From positions 98,087-162,086 of the forward strand of contig CAVWBU010000018.1 in assembly GCA_963753345.1 (NCBI GenBank): a stretch of DNA of 64,000 bases. Reading direction: 5' to 3'. This DNA is from an uncultured Fibrobacterota bacterium (GTDB lineage Bacteria > Fibrobacterota > Chitinivibrionia > Chitinivibrionales > FEN-1185). Below the pieces are notes generated by a model. The model did no database searches, was not told the origin of the DNA, and worked only from the letters and a program-made list of their open reading frames with translations. How positions within the stretch are numbered: the first letter of the stretch is position 1; each line of letters opens with the position of its first letter. Of this stretch, positions 63,101 to 64,000 are shown one piece after another. The translations under genes and the position numbers were made by a program.

Positions 63101-63631
63101 ATGCGCGTCCTCGCCGCAGCTGTTTTCCTCGCGCTGGCGGCATCCTTTGCCGCGTGCTTCCTTTTGGGCGCATTCGACGAGATGGCTTTGAGCGCGGGCG
63201 AGCGCGGCCCGTACTGCCTTGTGTACCGCGAGCACACCGGCCCGTACCGCGACGTCAGATCGGTCCCTGCCGACGTCGGCGGCTATCTTTCGGAACGGCA
63301 TACTGCCGTTCCCGTCCGCGCCTTCGCTCGTTTCCTCGACAATCCCCGGACCACGAAACCCGAAAACCTCAGAAGCGAGGCGGGGTACATCACCGACAGC
63401 CTTCTCCCTGATGTAAAGCTTCCGTACAGGACCGCCGTTGTTCCCGCAGCCCGCGCCGTGAGCGGCGTGCTCCCGGTCCGCTCCTTTCTGTCGCCGTACG
63501 TCGGCCCGCTCAAGTTCTATCCGCGGCTGCTGCGCTATTGCGAAAGGGAAAAGCTTGAGCTGAGCGGGCCGGTGATGGAAATTTATGATGGTGCGGGGAA
63601 GAGGATTGAGTATATAGCGCCGGTGAAATAG
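63101..63631 (+). CDS. GyrI-like small-molecule-binding domain protein
   Basis: N-terminal hydrophobic anchor; YREHTGPY, DNP......LRSEAG and PVMEIYD motifs. Confidence 0.75.
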   Translation: MRVLAAAVFLALAASFAACFLLGAFDEMALSAGERGPYCLVYREHTGPYRDVRSVPADVGGYLSERHTAVPVRAFARFLDNPRTTKPENLRSEAGYITDSLLPDVKLPYRTAVVPAARAVSGVLPVRSFLSPYVGPLKFYPRLLRYCEREKLELSGPVMEIYDGAGKRIEYIAPVK

Positions 63632-63658
63632 AGACTTTTTAAATCTATGAAAGGAAAT

Positions 63659-63810
63659 TGGGCGTTCCCCTCGCCTTCGCTCGGGTCGGTCTCCCTCCGG
63701 GCTCGGCTGTTCGCCTCGTTGCCGACCGCCACTATGGCCCTACGGGCCGGGTCGGCGGCAACGCGCTCTTGCGCGCCCTGCGGTCCCCCTAACGCGGGGC
63801 ATCGGACATT
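63659..63810 (-). repeat. Dispersed structured repeat family A, copy 7
   Basis: TGGGCGTTCCCC..GGGTCGGT..CCGGGCTCGGCTGTTCGCCTCGTTGCCG..GTCCCCCTAACGCG is the reverse complement of copy 3 segments. Confidence 0.85.
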
Positions 63811-64000
63811 GCCCCATCTAATGTGATTCTTGGTTGGAAAGTGAGTTGACGGGAAAGATGCAAAATCGGAAAGAATGTCGAAAAACCTTAGCGGAAATGA
63901 TATAAGGGGACCTCTAAAAATTCCATATTTTGCTAAAAATGTGGCGAATCTAGTCAAAAATCGCCAATTGTTTTCTGAAAAAGGCAATTTTTAGAGGTAC

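Overview
Bacterial chromosomal window, GC-rich by eye. The secreted-protein architectures suggest Fibrobacterota/Chitinivibrionales, but that is inference only. Housekeeping blocks: uppS-cdsA-dxr-rseP, livHMGF, lemA/TPM, parE-parC, purB and smc. (1) The best candidate for a new system is a minus-strand operon at 16203-20452. It has a 113-aa peptide with a twin-arginine-like leader and a core of 26 Tyr + 15 Ser in 61 residues bracketed by two YCS motifs. A terminator follows, then two radical SAM/SPASM enzymes, a SPASM-like protein with no SAM-cluster motif and a GT9 glycosyltransferase. (2) Two families of structured dispersed repeats (7 and 4 copies) show covarying hairpins and sit in a fixed orientation just downstream of stop codons. 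(3) A ~13-kb Mu-like transposable element (~46400-59386) has repressor, MuA, MuB, gp48-like, gpG-like and tape-measure genes but no recognisable head genes. It is heavily disrupted and contains a 1614-nt poly-T that is almost certainly an artefact. (4) A 2597-aa secreted TPR protein is built from six ~273-aa (8-TPR) super-repeats. I saw no tRNA, rRNA or CRISPR array. All family calls come from reading motifs by eye; no database search was run.
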